The notes under the pieces were generated by a model, which was given only the letters and a program-made list of their open reading frames with translations, was not told where the DNA came from and ran no database searches. Shown piece by piece: positions 19,370-29,573 of a stretch of DNA of 64,000 nt. The stretch is from Candidatus Heimdallarchaeota archaeon (GTDB lineage: Archaea > Asgardarchaeota > Heimdallarchaeia > JABLTI01): positions 1-64,000 of the forward strand of contig DXJV01000025.1 in the NCBI GenBank assembly GCA_019056785.1. The letters are read 5' to 3'. The stretch's first letter is position 1. Each line of letters opens with the position of its first letter. Position numbers and translations under genes: made by a program.

Positions 19370-20317
19370 TTATTGCTTCTGAGCAAGATTTTCTGAGAAG
19401 ACGTTTGATTTGTGCCAACCTTCGCGCTCTAAAATTTCGTCTGGCATTTTTAGAATCTTTAAAACCTTATGACGACAGATAAACGTGTGAGGGAGAGGGC
19501 CAATATATTCTCCCATAACATGTCCAAAGACTTTCTTTTTAGATTGGTTACTAATTGTGACTTTTTTCCCATGGAAGATCTCTACCTTTGGATTGGACAG
19601 ATGGGTTCCTTTTCCCAACTTGGAAGCTGTGACAAGTGTCTCTACAAGATTGGTATTTCCAACGAGCATAATGTCAAAAATCCCATCATCTATCACGGCA
19701 TTTGGTGTGACTACCATTCCTCCACCAATCCTTTGCCCATTCCCTATCATGACCGTTAATACCTTTCCTTCTTTGACAATTGTACCATCATTAATATCAA
19801 TTTTCATCTCTCTTGGACGATAGCGAAAGATTGAACGAATAAGTGCCAAATTATAGACCATTTTTGTATTCTTATCGATCACTTGTTCAGAGACATCAGC
19901 ATCCAAACAGGCGCCTGCAACACCCATACAGAAACGCGTACCATCATCAACATCTATACAATCAATGATACGCTCTTCTTTTTTCTCGAGCATAGCAATC
20001 AAGTCATCTATTTTATGCGTTTGTCGAATGTTGAATGCATTGTCATTTCCTCGTCCTACGGGAATAATTGCTAACGTGCTTTTAAAGCCCGCTTGGCCAA
20101 TGCCGGTAACAATTTCATTTATGGTTCCATCTCCTCCATAGGCTACAATTAACTTATGACTTTTACTTGCTTCTCGCGCAATTTCAATTGCATGCCGCGA
20201 TTTTTTGGTCCATTCGACTTCAAAATCAAAGCCTGCTTCTTTCAAAGATTGTTCATATTTTGGCCATTTCTTTTTCGCTCTACCACCAGAAGTGGTGGGG
20301 TTGCAAATAATTTTCAT
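19370..20317 (-). CDS. Diacylglycerol/lipid kinase family (YegS/BmrU-like)
   Basis: 'NPTTSGG', 'GGDGTINE', 'IPVGRGND', 'GGGM', 'DDGIFD'. Confidence 0.92.
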   Translation of the reverse strand: MKIICNPTTSGGRAKKKWPKYEQSLKEAGFDFEVEWTKKSRHAIEIAREASKSHKLIVAYGGDGTINEIVTGIGQAGFKSTLAIIPVGRGNDNAFNIRQTHKIDDLIAMLEKKEERIIDCIDVDDGTRFCMGVAGACLDADVSEQVIDKNTKMVYNLALIRSIFRYRPREMKIDINDGTIVKEGKVLTVMIGNGQRIGGGMVVTPNAVIDDGIFDIMLVGNTNLVETLVTASKLGKGTHLSNPKVEIFHGKKVTISNQSKKKVFGHVMGEYIGPLPHTFICRHKVLKILKMPDEILEREGWHKSNVFSENLAQKQ

Positions 20318-20426
20318 TAGACTGATCTCCTGTTATGAATTAATTAATATAACAATTAGTGGATGATTTTCTTCTGGGCTTATTAGTCTTTTTGGTGCTG
20401 TTACAATTGACTTTTTTATATGCCTT

Positions 20427-21335
20427 TTAGTCTGCCATCTCGAGTTGAATCTCCATTTCTGGTTCAGGATGCACGTCACGAATCCAAGCAATTACCCATT
20501 TCCGGAAGAATGATTGTGCAAGTAGTAAGGAAATAATCCCCGGCACAAGAAAAATGAAAACAGATAAGAGAGTTGCTTGGAGAACAGTAATAGTTTCACC
20601 TGAAGCAAGAAGTTCTTGAATGATTTCTTTCTGTTTTACAAGTGAGAGAATGCCCAAAACTAACGAGAAGACAAAATGAATTAAAAGAATCGAGGGAGTT
20701 ATTACCACTGCTGACCGGTAGAGGAAAAAGAATAGATAGGCAGAAAGTAACAACAGGCCACCAATAACAACAAATTCCCATTGTGTAGCGAAAATTTGGG
20801 TAAAAGCAGTAATAAAGACCAGCCAGAAGGCAGTTAGCTGTAGACGCATGGGCGCTTCAGAGGAAAGCGCATAAATATTCTGAGGGTCCGATGAAAAATT
20901 CGCAATAAAATAGAGAAAAATAGGGAGTAATAAACTCAAACCGATAATGATCATAAACATTGGCGTTACATTTGATGCGAAAAGCGTGAAAAAAATTTGT
21001 GTTATACCAAGTAAAACGATTTCAATGAAAACCATGAAAAAGGAAGTAAAGCCCAGAATGCGAATAGCTCGTTCAGATTGGAAAAACCTCTGTAATGAAG
21101 CGTTAATAAATGGAAAGGAAGAAAGGAACAAGAGAAAACTTGAAGTCGCCACCAGGAAACTCGAGATTGCCAATAGCCAACCAAAAACGGTCAAATAACC
21201 TGGTAGTGCACTAGGGGGTGAAATTTGATAATAAGGTAAAACCAAAAATAAAACAAAGAGAGCCAATTCTAGGATAAGAATAAACGGAAAGAAGAGTCTT
21301 CGAAACCATTGCAATGAAACTAATTGTTTTACCAA
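20427..21335 (-). CDS. Hypothetical multi-pass membrane protein
   Basis: 302-aa ORF with about 8 hydrophobic segments. Confidence 0.7.
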   Translation of the reverse strand: MVKQLVSLQWFRRLFFPFILILELALFVLFLVLPYYQISPPSALPGYLTVFGWLLAISSFLVATSSFLLFLSSFPFINASLQRFFQSERAIRILGFTSFFMVFIEIVLLGITQIFFTLFASNVTPMFMIIIGLSLLLPIFLYFIANFSSDPQNIYALSSEAPMRLQLTAFWLVFITAFTQIFATQWEFVVIGGLLLLSAYLFFFLYRSAVVITPSILLIHFVFSLVLGILSLVKQKEIIQELLASGETITVLQATLLSVFIFLVPGIISLLLAQSFFRKWVIAWIRDVHPEPEMEIQLEMAD

Positions 21336-21780
21336 AGAAATTCAACTCCAATTGTACCTTTAAAGAAATTATTTTCCATTAAAGAGTTTTTGCCCATTTT
21401 CTGTGTTTTTTTTAGCCGTTTTAAAAGAAAAAGGAGAGTATTTTATTAGGATTTAAACTAAATTCCTGTTAGAAAATTTCTTTATTGGGAATCAAAAAAA
21501 TGCTTCGAAAAAAGTGCAAAATTTTTTTCTAAGGCATTCAAAAAAGACTTTTTCCTTACAAAGTAACCATGGAAAAAGCTTGGAAAAGAAGATATAACGA
21601 GACAGAGTTTATAATATAAAGCATAGAAAATGAACGAAATACGAAAACGAGGGCACAGAAAAGACATTTTTTAAAAATGAGAGATTAAACCACTCATTTT
21701 AGGCGTTTTCAGCCAAAGCTGAAAAGCCTTTTGTTAAAGGAAACGAAGAAATGTAACAAGAAGATCACTGAGGAAGAAAA

Positions 21781-22884
21781 ATGACTGAAAAAAAATTCAA
21801 TTACTCACCGGAAAGTTTCCCAGAAAATCGCTTGCCGGTTGGGATTGATTTCTCAAAAATGGACATTATCAACCTCCCCACAACCAGAGGAACAGAAGGA
21901 GAACTGAGAAAAGAAATCAAAGCAGAATTAGTGAAATTTTCAAGAACTGATAAGATAAAGAGACCTGCAAAAAGTACAATGGCGATAGGGTCCTTTGTCA
22001 CAAGAGAACAGCTGCAAGCAATTTTACGAAAAGACAGAAGGGATCGAAGCTATTTCAAAATGCTTGATTATTGTAGAAAATACGACAAACAAACAACAGA
22101 GCTTTGCGCGGATTTTGACTTACTCCGGGACTTTTTCCCATCCGACCTTTTAACAGAAGTAGAACAATATTGCTTGAAAATTATTTCGAAAATTGAACAA
22201 AAAGTAAAAGAACAAGGAAATTTAAAGCTAACCCCAAGAAAAAGGAGGGGATTTGTCCTTGCAATCCTACGCTCGCATTGTCGTCGAAATGGCCGAAAGT
22301 TCCCGAAGGAGCTTCTCGAAGAGATTAATGATCGATTCAATTACACAAAACGCATTAAACCTTTTGAAATCTGTAAAGCGGAGAAGGAATTGATAGATTG
22401 GAACTTCCTAGCAAAAACAGCCGGGAGAGAAACAGAGGATATTCGAATTTTTTATCTAAACGTTATCAATAGCATTAATCGACTTAAGAGGAACCCTACA
22501 ATTGCCAAAAGTAAAGAAAAAAGCAACATAGTTTCTCAAACACAAAAATACATAAACAATTTTGCAACCAACAAGGAACAACGAAAGGCATTAGTAAAAG
22601 TCATAAAACATCAAGACAAGGATTTCATTGCACGGTTGATAATCTGGACAATTGCAAAGCATTTTGCAAAGAAAGAATACAATCTCATTTACCGCGAACC
22701 AGAGAAAGAACCAGGTTGGAAAGAACTTTTCCTTGTCGAGAACCTACAAGGGCAAATGTCCGAAGAAATTCCGATTCGTTCTTTCAAGTTCATTTTCTGG
22801 GCGAGCTTCCATCTAAGAAAGAAACTCCGAGAAATCGGTCTGTTCCCAGAAGAAGAAACTGAAGAAAACGAAAAAACAAATTAA
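21781..22884 (+). CDS. Hypothetical basic alpha-helical protein (weak TFB/cyclin-fold resemblance)
   Basis: 367-aa ORF with GAGG SD. Segment 'RKRRGFVLAILRSHCRRNGRKFPKELLEEI' weakly recalls a TFB cyclin repeat. Confidence 0.65.
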   Translation: MTEKKFNYSPESFPENRLPVGIDFSKMDIINLPTTRGTEGELRKEIKAELVKFSRTDKIKRPAKSTMAIGSFVTREQLQAILRKDRRDRSYFKMLDYCRKYDKQTTELCADFDLLRDFFPSDLLTEVEQYCLKIISKIEQKVKEQGNLKLTPRKRRGFVLAILRSHCRRNGRKFPKELLEEINDRFNYTKRIKPFEICKAEKELIDWNFLAKTAGRETEDIRIFYLNVINSINRLKRNPTIAKSKEKSNIVSQTQKYINNFATNKEQRKALVKVIKHQDKDFIARLIIWTIAKHFAKKEYNLIYREPEKEPGWKELFLVENLQGQMSEEIPIRSFKFIFWASFHLRKKLREIGLFPEEETEENEKTN

Positions 22885-22966
22885 TTTTTAAAAAATTAAA
22901 ATTTTTTATAAATAATGACTTGAGGAAAAGAAAGGAAAAACAATCCCAAAAAAGGGATGGCGTTTT

Positions 22967-23287
22967 CTAATGTTTCTTCTTGATAGAACGAATGAAATCT
23001 AATTTCTTTGTAGTAAGTTCTTTCTTCTCAATTGCTTCTTTGAACTTTTTGTTAAGCAAAGCAATGATTTGTCGAGCTGTTTCTTCATCTACATTGTTCT
23101 CGTTGAGGATCTTCCTAGTGTTTTCCAAAGTGTAAGTTTTCTGGTTGGAAATGCTTTTTTCCAAATTATCCAATTCTTCGTTTGAGAAAAGGCTTTTGAA
23201 AAAGAGAAGAACGCCTCGAACGATTAGCGTTGGCTCTCCAGAAGCGGTTTGCATATATTCCTTAAAGTAATCGGTTTCTGTTGCCAT
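22967..23287 (-). CDS. Small hypothetical helical protein
   Basis: 106-aa ORF with ATG start and GGTG SD-like sequence; occupies an otherwise empty gap. Confidence 0.65.
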   Translation of the reverse strand: MATETDYFKEYMQTASGEPTLIVRGVLLFFKSLFSNEELDNLEKSISNQKTYTLENTRKILNENNVDEETARQIIALLNKKFKEAIEKKELTTKKLDFIRSIKKKH

Positions 23288-23470
23288 CTATCTACACCAT
23301 TTTATTTTTCTACTTCCCTAAGAAAAAAGTTCTCTATTAAAAGATTTGCTTTTCATTCGAAAGAAAGTTTTTTATGGCTGATTTTAATGGGAGGAAAACC
23401 TTTTGGATTATTCGTAGAGTTTTTTTCCTAAGGAAAAATTGATATTTACTAGAAAAATGGCTAATAAAGC

Positions 23471-24493
23471 ATGGATGCTTCTAAAAACAACCCCCCTATT
23501 TGGCAGCAAGTTCTGGCAGATATAGCTCTTTTAATTGTTAATGTGATTTGGGGGAGCACGTTCATAATGGTTGATACTGCCGTAGAAACAGTTTCTGTTT
23601 TCGTTTTCCTCGCGCTGCGTTTTGGGATTGCTTTTCTCGCCCTCCTGATTTTCTTCGCCTATTTCTTGATAAAGAAGCCGCCAACAAAAGCCGATCTCTG
23701 GAGAGGAGTTCTTATTGGAGTATTTCTTTTTGGTGGATATACTTTTCAAACTTTTGGTTTACAGTGTGGGACAGGCCCCGGCAAGGCAGGTTTCATCACA
23801 GGCCTTTCAGTTGTTCTTGTGCCAATTTTTTCAGCGATCATTCTGAAAAAGAAGCCGCACTCTCTTTCATGGCTCGGAATTGCAATTGCAGTAATTGGTT
23901 TGGGACTCCTTTCATTTGACACGGGTTGGCATTTTGGCATCTCGGACATAAAAGGAGACTTCCTCGTTCTTGCTGGTGCGATCTGCTTTGCCTTTCATAT
24001 TATCTCCATTGATAGATTTATCCAAAAAAGCCTTTTTATTCCCCTAACAGTTTTCCAGGTGGGAACAACAGCAGTACTATCCTGGCTTTTAACCGTGACT
24101 TTTTGGGGGCGTTCCTTTCCAATTGTTTTCAATTCGCAAGTTCTATTCGCAGTCATCTTCACAGGCTTGGTGGCAACAGCCTTAATTTATGCTACACAAA
24201 CGTTCGTCCAAAAACGAACTTCACCAACACATGTAGCAGTTATCTTTGCTACGGAACCAGTTTTTGCAGCCATTTTTGCAGTGAGTTTAACAACAGAAAC
24301 ATTCCTTTTAAGACAATGGGGTGGATGTGCTCTTATTTTAGCAGCAATGCTTTTCCAACAAATTCTCGATATTTTCTATATAAAAGATGCTCGTGCGAAA
24401 AAAGAACCGTTGAAAAACTCTAACACAGAAAAAAAGGAAGAGAGTAAAACACATTCAATAGAAGAAGAGAAAACGCAAGAAAAAAGTGTCTAA
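23471..24493 (+). CDS. DMT/EamA family transporter
   Basis: 'IWGSTF', 'GYTFQTFGL', 'AGFITGLSVVLVP', 'IFATEPVFAA'; about 10 TM segments. Confidence 0.92.
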   Translation: MDASKNNPPIWQQVLADIALLIVNVIWGSTFIMVDTAVETVSVFVFLALRFGIAFLALLIFFAYFLIKKPPTKADLWRGVLIGVFLFGGYTFQTFGLQCGTGPGKAGFITGLSVVLVPIFSAIILKKKPHSLSWLGIAIAVIGLGLLSFDTGWHFGISDIKGDFLVLAGAICFAFHIISIDRFIQKSLFIPLTVFQVGTTAVLSWLLTVTFWGRSFPIVFNSQVLFAVIFTGLVATALIYATQTFVQKRTSPTHVAVIFATEPVFAAIFAVSLTTETFLLRQWGGCALILAAMLFQQILDIFYIKDARAKKEPLKNSNTEKKEESKTHSIEEEKTQEKSV

Positions 24494-24495
24494 AA

Positions 24496-24789
24496 TCACT
24501 TCTTTGTTCTTTTCTTTTTTGAAGAAATAGCTTTTTTTCCTCTAGAGGTCTTTTGTCGAGGTTCGCTTCTGAAAAGATAAAGGGTTTCATCCTTTTTAGC
24601 AGTAGCTTCGGCTTGACGGGTGTTCACAACAATATAAGGCGCTGAAACGGGGCCAATAATATCAACAGCTTTACCAACAGTTTTAAGCTCTTGATTTACA
24701 ATGCGCGAGTTGAGCCGAATTGGTTTTGATGTTCTAACGAGAAGATCGCCTTTATTGGTGATGACAACCACTTTGCCTAGTTTTTTCAA
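24496..24789 (-). CDS. gar1: Gar1/Naf1 family H/ACA RNP protein
   Basis: 'VGKAVDIIGPVSAPYIVV' motif; located downstream of srp19 as in many archaea. Confidence 0.85.
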   Translation of the reverse strand: MKKLGKVVVITNKGDLLVRTSKPIRLNSRIVNQELKTVGKAVDIIGPVSAPYIVVNTRQAEATAKKDETLYLFRSEPRQKTSRGKKAISSKKKRTKK

Positions 24790-24851
24790 GGAGGATCACC
24801 TTTTGTGAACACGTTTACACTCGAGTTGCTTTGAGAATGGATTTGTTGCGC

Positions 24852-25244
24852 CTAGCGAGTCTTCTGGCGATATACGCTGCCTTTTTTAGTTTTCTTCTTT
24901 GCTATTTCTTTCTTCTTGGCTGTAGGTTTTGGAAGATTGACTTTTGACAAATTTTTGGCAATTAATCGCAGCTGTTGTTCTTTCGAGCCATCTTTTGGGA
25001 TAAATAATCGGCCTTTCTTATGATACCAAGTTCTTGAATAATGCTTCCCCGGATCTAATAAGACTTCAAAACCCGCCTTTTGAGCAGCCAATGCAACACG
25101 TTTTAATTCCGGATCATCGAAGGCAAGTTTTAACGGTACACGACGTCCCATTCTCCAAGAGAGATTTTTGTCAAAATATTCTGGATAAATAACGCGGAGA
25201 TCTTTTCGCTGGGTACCTTTGCCTCTTCGTGCTCTACTCGACAC
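24852..25244 (-). CDS. srp19: Signal recognition particle protein SRP19
   Basis: 'VIYPEYFDKNLSWRMGRRVP..LA', 'KHYSRTW..GR', 'SKEQQLRLIA'. Confidence 0.9.
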   Translation of the reverse strand: MSSRARRGKGTQRKDLRVIYPEYFDKNLSWRMGRRVPLKLAFDDPELKRVALAAQKAGFEVLLDPGKHYSRTWYHKKGRLFIPKDGSKEQQLRLIAKNLSKVNLPKPTAKKKEIAKKKTKKGSVYRQKTR

Positions 25245-25478
25245 TCGTAATAACCTCGAGATAATATTCTTCTACTATATAGTTGAAACCTTACAAACAA
25301 TTATATTAATTCTTGCTAATCTACTTTATTTCCAACTTTTTAAATGCTTTCAAAAGAAAGTGCAACTGAAGTTTAGTTTCTCACAATTTTTCAAAGGATT
25401 TTTTCATAAGCTTAATCCACAAATTTATGAATAAATTGACTTCCCATAGCAGATAATTTACATCTGGAGACATTAATT

Positions 25479-25880
25479 GTGCATGAATTCTCAACCGCAG
25501 TAGGAGTCGTTGAAACAGTCTTGGATGTTGCAAGACAAAACAACGCCATAAAAGTAAAAAAAATTGAATTGGTCGTTGGGGAGTTTACCATGCTTAATGA
25601 TGATCAGTTAAAATTTTCATTCGAAATCGCGAGTGAAGGGACTATTGCAGAAGGAGCAGAAGTAATCATTAAAAAGCAAAAAGGGGAGATTGAATGCTTG
25701 GATTGCCAGTATAAGGGTGAAATCGCCGACCGAGAGAAGAAGGAAGAATTAGATCACTTTGTGGTCGATTTAGTTAACATTTTCGAGTGCCCAAAATGCC
25801 ATTCGAATAGAACTAAAATCAGCGGTGGAAGAGACATTTATGTAAACAATATTGAAATCGAACTAGAGGATGAGAGTTGA
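25479..25880 (+). CDS. hypA: Hydrogenase maturation nickel metallochaperone HypA
   Basis: N-terminal 'MHE', 'CLDC' and 'CPKC', 'GGRDIYV'. Confidence 0.93.
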   Translation: MHEFSTAVGVVETVLDVARQNNAIKVKKIELVVGEFTMLNDDQLKFSFEIASEGTIAEGAEVIIKKQKGEIECLDCQYKGEIADREKKEELDHFVVDLVNIFECPKCHSNRTKISGGRDIYVNNIEIELEDES

Positions 25881-25959
25881 GACCATTAGAAAGACAATTT
25901 GCTAGAAAGAATTTTTATAGGAAAATTGGCAAGTGATATCCGTTGGCTCGGGATTTTCA

Positions 25960-26721
25960 ATGGCACTCAATTGGATAAATTATCTATGCTTTATTGTTGG
26001 TTATGTAAATGTAGTCAGTTTCACTGTTATAACAGCCATCGTTCTAAAACGAAACCCAAAAGAAAAACTCAATTGGATTTTCGCCCTAAGTTTTTTCTTC
26101 TTAGCAATTGCCTACGCGTTGTTGCCAACTGGAGCATTTGTCTATACTGAAACAAATCCTACAACAATGGTAAATTTGACGAGAATTTATGCCTTCTTTT
26201 TGTTCGTTGCGTTGGCTATCTTAATGTTAAGTGCCTTGGCAATAAATTATAGCACTGTCTTTATTTTGAAATGGTACATCTGGTTACCAATCGTAATTGT
26301 AATAGCAACACTTGGAGGTTTAATTTTTGCAACGGATATTATTTCAGCTGTTCCCGGTCCAAACCCTGATATAAAAACCAAACCACTTTTTATTTACAGT
26401 TATTATCCCCTTAGCTTGATCGTTGCACTTTTAATTTACATCTATTTTATTAGAGCGTATAAACTAACAACCGATGAAAATTTGAAAACAAGTTTGAAGT
26501 TCTTTTTAGCAGGCTTATCGATTTGCCTTTTCTCAATTATCCCAAACATATTGTCAAATGCTTTAGCGGATATTTGGGAAAATGCTCAAGCCTTAAATGG
26601 ACTCGAGTTCATCTTTGTGCTCATTGGAACAACAGTACTTTTAGGTGGTTTTCTATTAAAATCGAGAAGAAAAGTGATAGAATCATTTCAGCAACAACTG
26701 CAAAAAGTTACAACAAATTAA
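25960..26721 (+). CDS. Stand-alone seven-TM membrane protein (HisKA_7TM-like sensor domain)
   Basis: About 7 TM segments; 'VLKRNPKEKLNWIFALSFF' resembles the 7TM input domain of histidine kinases; no cytoplasmic kinase follows. ATG at 25960 preferred over GTG at 25933. Confidence 0.6.
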   Translation: MALNWINYLCFIVGYVNVVSFTVITAIVLKRNPKEKLNWIFALSFFFLAIAYALLPTGAFVYTETNPTTMVNLTRIYAFFLFVALAILMLSALAINYSTVFILKWYIWLPIVIVIATLGGLIFATDIISAVPGPNPDIKTKPLFIYSYYPLSLIVALLIYIYFIRAYKLTTDENLKTSLKFFLAGLSICLFSIIPNILSNALADIWENAQALNGLEFIFVLIGTTVLLGGFLLKSRRKVIESFQQQLQKVTTN

Positions 26722-26728
26722 AGAGAAA

Positions 26729-27588
26729 TTAAAGCCAGGATGGATCATACTTGCCAATCCATGAAATGCCAAAAGCACCAGGTCCAAGATGAGAGGCGAT
26801 TGTTGGCCCGATATCGATAAGCAAAACTTCTTCAGGAGGATCCGACAAGCCCTTTATAAAGTCAACAAGCTCCTCTCCCAAGTGAGGGACATTTGAATGC
26901 CCAACGATTAAAGTTTCACAAAGACGATTTTCTGACGCTTTTTGAGCAATTTTTCTGAGCAATTTATGCATGTGCTCTTTCCCGCGCACGTTACCGGGAG
27001 AATGAAGTACGCCATTCGAAATCCGAAGAATTGGTTTGATTGATAGCAAGGAACCCATCAACCAAGAAATGGTGCCAATTCTCCCGCCCTTTCGGAGAAA
27101 TTTTAAAGTATCAACTACACCCAGTAATTGTGAGTGGGGAATCAAAACCTCAGAGATAAATTTAACCACCTCTGTTTTGGATGCTCCCTCTTTTGCTTTT
27201 TTAGCTGCAAGATAAACAATAACCCTGACTCAATTGTTGCAGCTTCAGTATCAATTAAAGTCAATTGGTCATTTAAAAGATTCGCCACCATTCTCGCAGT
27301 AGAATACATCGCAGAAAGCTTTTTGGAGATCGTTAAAACAATAACATCTTTTGATTCTTGAAAAGCATGTTCATAGGCAATTTTGAATTGTTTTGGTGCC
27401 GGAACACCAGTTGTAGGAACATCACCAGCTGCCAACCGTTTGTAGAATTCCGCACGAGAGAGGTCAAATTGTGAATAGATCACATCATTAAAGATTACAT
27501 TTGCGGGGACAACTTCGATATTAAGTTCATCAATTATTTCAGCACTCAAATCACAAGCAGAATCTGCAACAATTTTTACAGGAGACAT
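26729..27588 (-). pseudogene. degV: DegV/FakB fatty-acid-binding protein, frameshifted near 27220
   Basis: N-half 'KIVADSACDL..PTTGVP..TISKKLSAMY..IDT' and C-half 'VDTLKFLRKGGRIG..IKPIL..GPTIASHLGPG' lie in different frames. Restoring one A (GGG TTA [A]TT GTT TAT) gives continuous 'GLIVYLAAKKAKEG'. Confidence 0.85.
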
Positions 27589-27673
27589 TGTTATCCCTTC
27601 TTCATATTTATTATTAAAAAAATCTCTTAATATTAGAAAACTTTTTGGATAAAAAGAAACCCTCTTTAAAAAG

Positions 27674-28630
27674 TTGGTAAAAATGGTTGCAGTCTGGATA
27701 ATTGTGTTCCTCGCTGTTGTACAGGGCATTTTGGAATGGCTACCGGTCTCAAGTGAAGGACAGTTGGTACTTATTTTAAATTGGTTAAATGAGTCGGAAA
27801 ATGCACTTGCAATAACGCTTTTCCTTCATATCGGAACTTTGATGGCAATTATCATTCGTTTTCGAAAAGATTTAGGAGTATTATTGGGAGTAAAAAGACG
27901 AGAAAAAGAGTCAGAGGAGAGTAAAGCTCCAGAAGTAGAAACAGTCAATGATGAAAAAGAGAGTGGCGAGAAAGGTCAATCAAAAGAAGAACAAAAAGCA
28001 TTGTGGAAATTTTTGCTGTTAGGAACGCTTTTTACAGGCATTATAGGTGTACCGCTATATTTCCTTGTGAAATATGTTTTACAAGAAGGAGATCTACTGA
28101 CATTTGCAAATGGGGCAATCACCGGAGGAGACATCATAACAATGCTAGTTGGTATTTTTTTAGTTGGCACAGGAATATTCATTTTTATTTCAAAGAGAAG
28201 AGTTTCAGCTCGATCTTTGCTCCAGATGAAAACTTGGGAAATGATTGTTGTTGGTTTAGTGCAAGGTTTGGCAATTATCCCGGGTGTCTCAAGGTCAGGT
28301 TCGACAGTAAGTACAATGCTTCTTGAAGGAATCCAAGAAGAAGAATCTTTGCGATTGAGCTTTTTACTGAGTATTCCAGCAGTTATTGGAGCAAATATTC
28401 TAACATTCATAATCGATCTGGCAAAAGGGGAAATGTCATTTACTGGCATTCCAATCTATGGAATGTTTCTGGCGATCTTCATAGCAGCGATAGTTGGCTA
28501 TCTAACCATTGACATGTTTTTACGGTTTGCAAAGAAAGTGAATTTTGGATGGTTCTGTGTTGCTCTGGGGGCATTAGCACTTGTTATTACAATTATTGTT
28601 ATTATTCTACGAGCAACAACAGTGATTTAG
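27674..28630 (+). CDS. uppP: Undecaprenyl/polyprenyl-diphosphate phosphatase (BacA)
   Basis: 'QGILEWLPVSSEGQ', 'LHIGT', 'PGVSRSGST', 'SFLLSIPA'. Contains a charged cytoplasmic insertion. Confidence 0.92.
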   Translation: MVKMVAVWIIVFLAVVQGILEWLPVSSEGQLVLILNWLNESENALAITLFLHIGTLMAIIIRFRKDLGVLLGVKRREKESEESKAPEVETVNDEKESGEKGQSKEEQKALWKFLLLGTLFTGIIGVPLYFLVKYVLQEGDLLTFANGAITGGDIITMLVGIFLVGTGIFIFISKRRVSARSLLQMKTWEMIVVGLVQGLAIIPGVSRSGSTVSTMLLEGIQEEESLRLSFLLSIPAVIGANILTFIIDLAKGEMSFTGIPIYGMFLAIFIAAIVGYLTIDMFLRFAKKVNFGWFCVALGALALVITIIVIILRATTVI

Positions 28631-28639
28631 AAAACTAAT

Positions 28640-29377
28640 TTAGAGATATTTAAGAAAACCTATTGGAAGATTTGCACGTTTCCATTCGACGACTTTCCCT
28701 TCGAGACCCATATCCATGACTTTTTTACCATCATTGCCAATTACAAGAAGAGCTGTACCTTGAATTGATTGTTGGCAGAAGAGATTGAGCCACTTATCAG
28801 TACGGCGCATGATTTTTGAAGCTATTTCCGCCGGTGGGTTCATAGAATATCGCTCGTACATTTCATCAAAATCGGCAAAGTGAAGAATTAGAAGATCATG
28901 ACGGTTTAAAGCCTTGAGAGCTTTAACATAGATATTTACATCTGTTTTTTCTGTCATCGCAACGTTCGGGAGGGTAGTGATTTTAGGGATATCCTCCTCC
29001 CGCGCAATCACTCTCACTCGCTTTCCATTTGTCACAACGGTCGAAACAAGATTAAAAGTAAGACTTTCAGTGCTGTAGAACATAGATTGTAGCATTGGAC
29101 CGGAAAGGGCTTTTGCCTTTGATTCGGTTTCAATCAGTAAGAGATTTTCCAAATTTTTAATCATCCATACAGGTTGATAGGTGACAATTTCAAAAAGACT
29201 GAAATTGTCGATAATAACAACTAACACTTGATCGACAGAGTCAGCAGGCAAGTCGAGTTTTTCAATTGACGGTAAATAAAAAGGACGACCCAACCCCAAC
29301 AATTTTAGAATGATGGAAGGGATCTGCTCTACAGAGATATTGAATGTCTTCATTCCCAAATCTTCAGCGATTTCCAT
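28640..29377 (-). CDS. Alkaline-phosphatase-superfamily fold protein with degenerate metal ligands
   Basis: Motif order 'QIPSIILKLLG', 'VLVVIIDNF', 'LLILHFADFDEMY', 'LLVIGNDG' parallels AlkP/NPP cores (..DG.., D..GH, TADHG) but lacks the His ligands. Confidence 0.55.
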   Translation of the reverse strand: MEIAEDLGMKTFNISVEQIPSIILKLLGLGRPFYLPSIEKLDLPADSVDQVLVVIIDNFSLFEIVTYQPVWMIKNLENLLLIETESKAKALSGPMLQSMFYSTESLTFNLVSTVVTNGKRVRVIAREEDIPKITTLPNVAMTEKTDVNIYVKALKALNRHDLLILHFADFDEMYERYSMNPPAEIASKIMRRTDKWLNLFCQQSIQGTALLVIGNDGKKVMDMGLEGKVVEWKRANLPIGFLKYL

Positions 29378-29573
29378 TTAAAAACTCCCAAAGTATTGTC
29401 ATTATTATTGATAATTTGAAAATCATTAATAAGTTTTTTATCTATGGCAATCATTTTTTTGGAAAATTAAAGACCTTCAATAAAATAGTGGAGAAAGAAA
29501 AGAAGAGTTAAGTAATTACGAAAGATTTTAGTTTGAGGAATAACAACACTTCAGCTATTGAGGGTTAGTCATT

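Noticed and set aside
25960-26721. Microbial rhodopsin or true GPCR
   Set aside because: No retinal-binding Lys motif within TM7 and no recognisable GPCR motifs.
27142-27230. Programmed ribosomal frameshift in degV
   Set aside because: No slippery heptamer at the inferred junction; a simple 1-nt deletion explains it.
27589-27729. N-terminal extension of the degV ORF overlapping uppP
   Set aside because: DegV homology starts at ATG 27588 (MSPVKIVADS); the extension crosses the divergent promoter and the uppP start.
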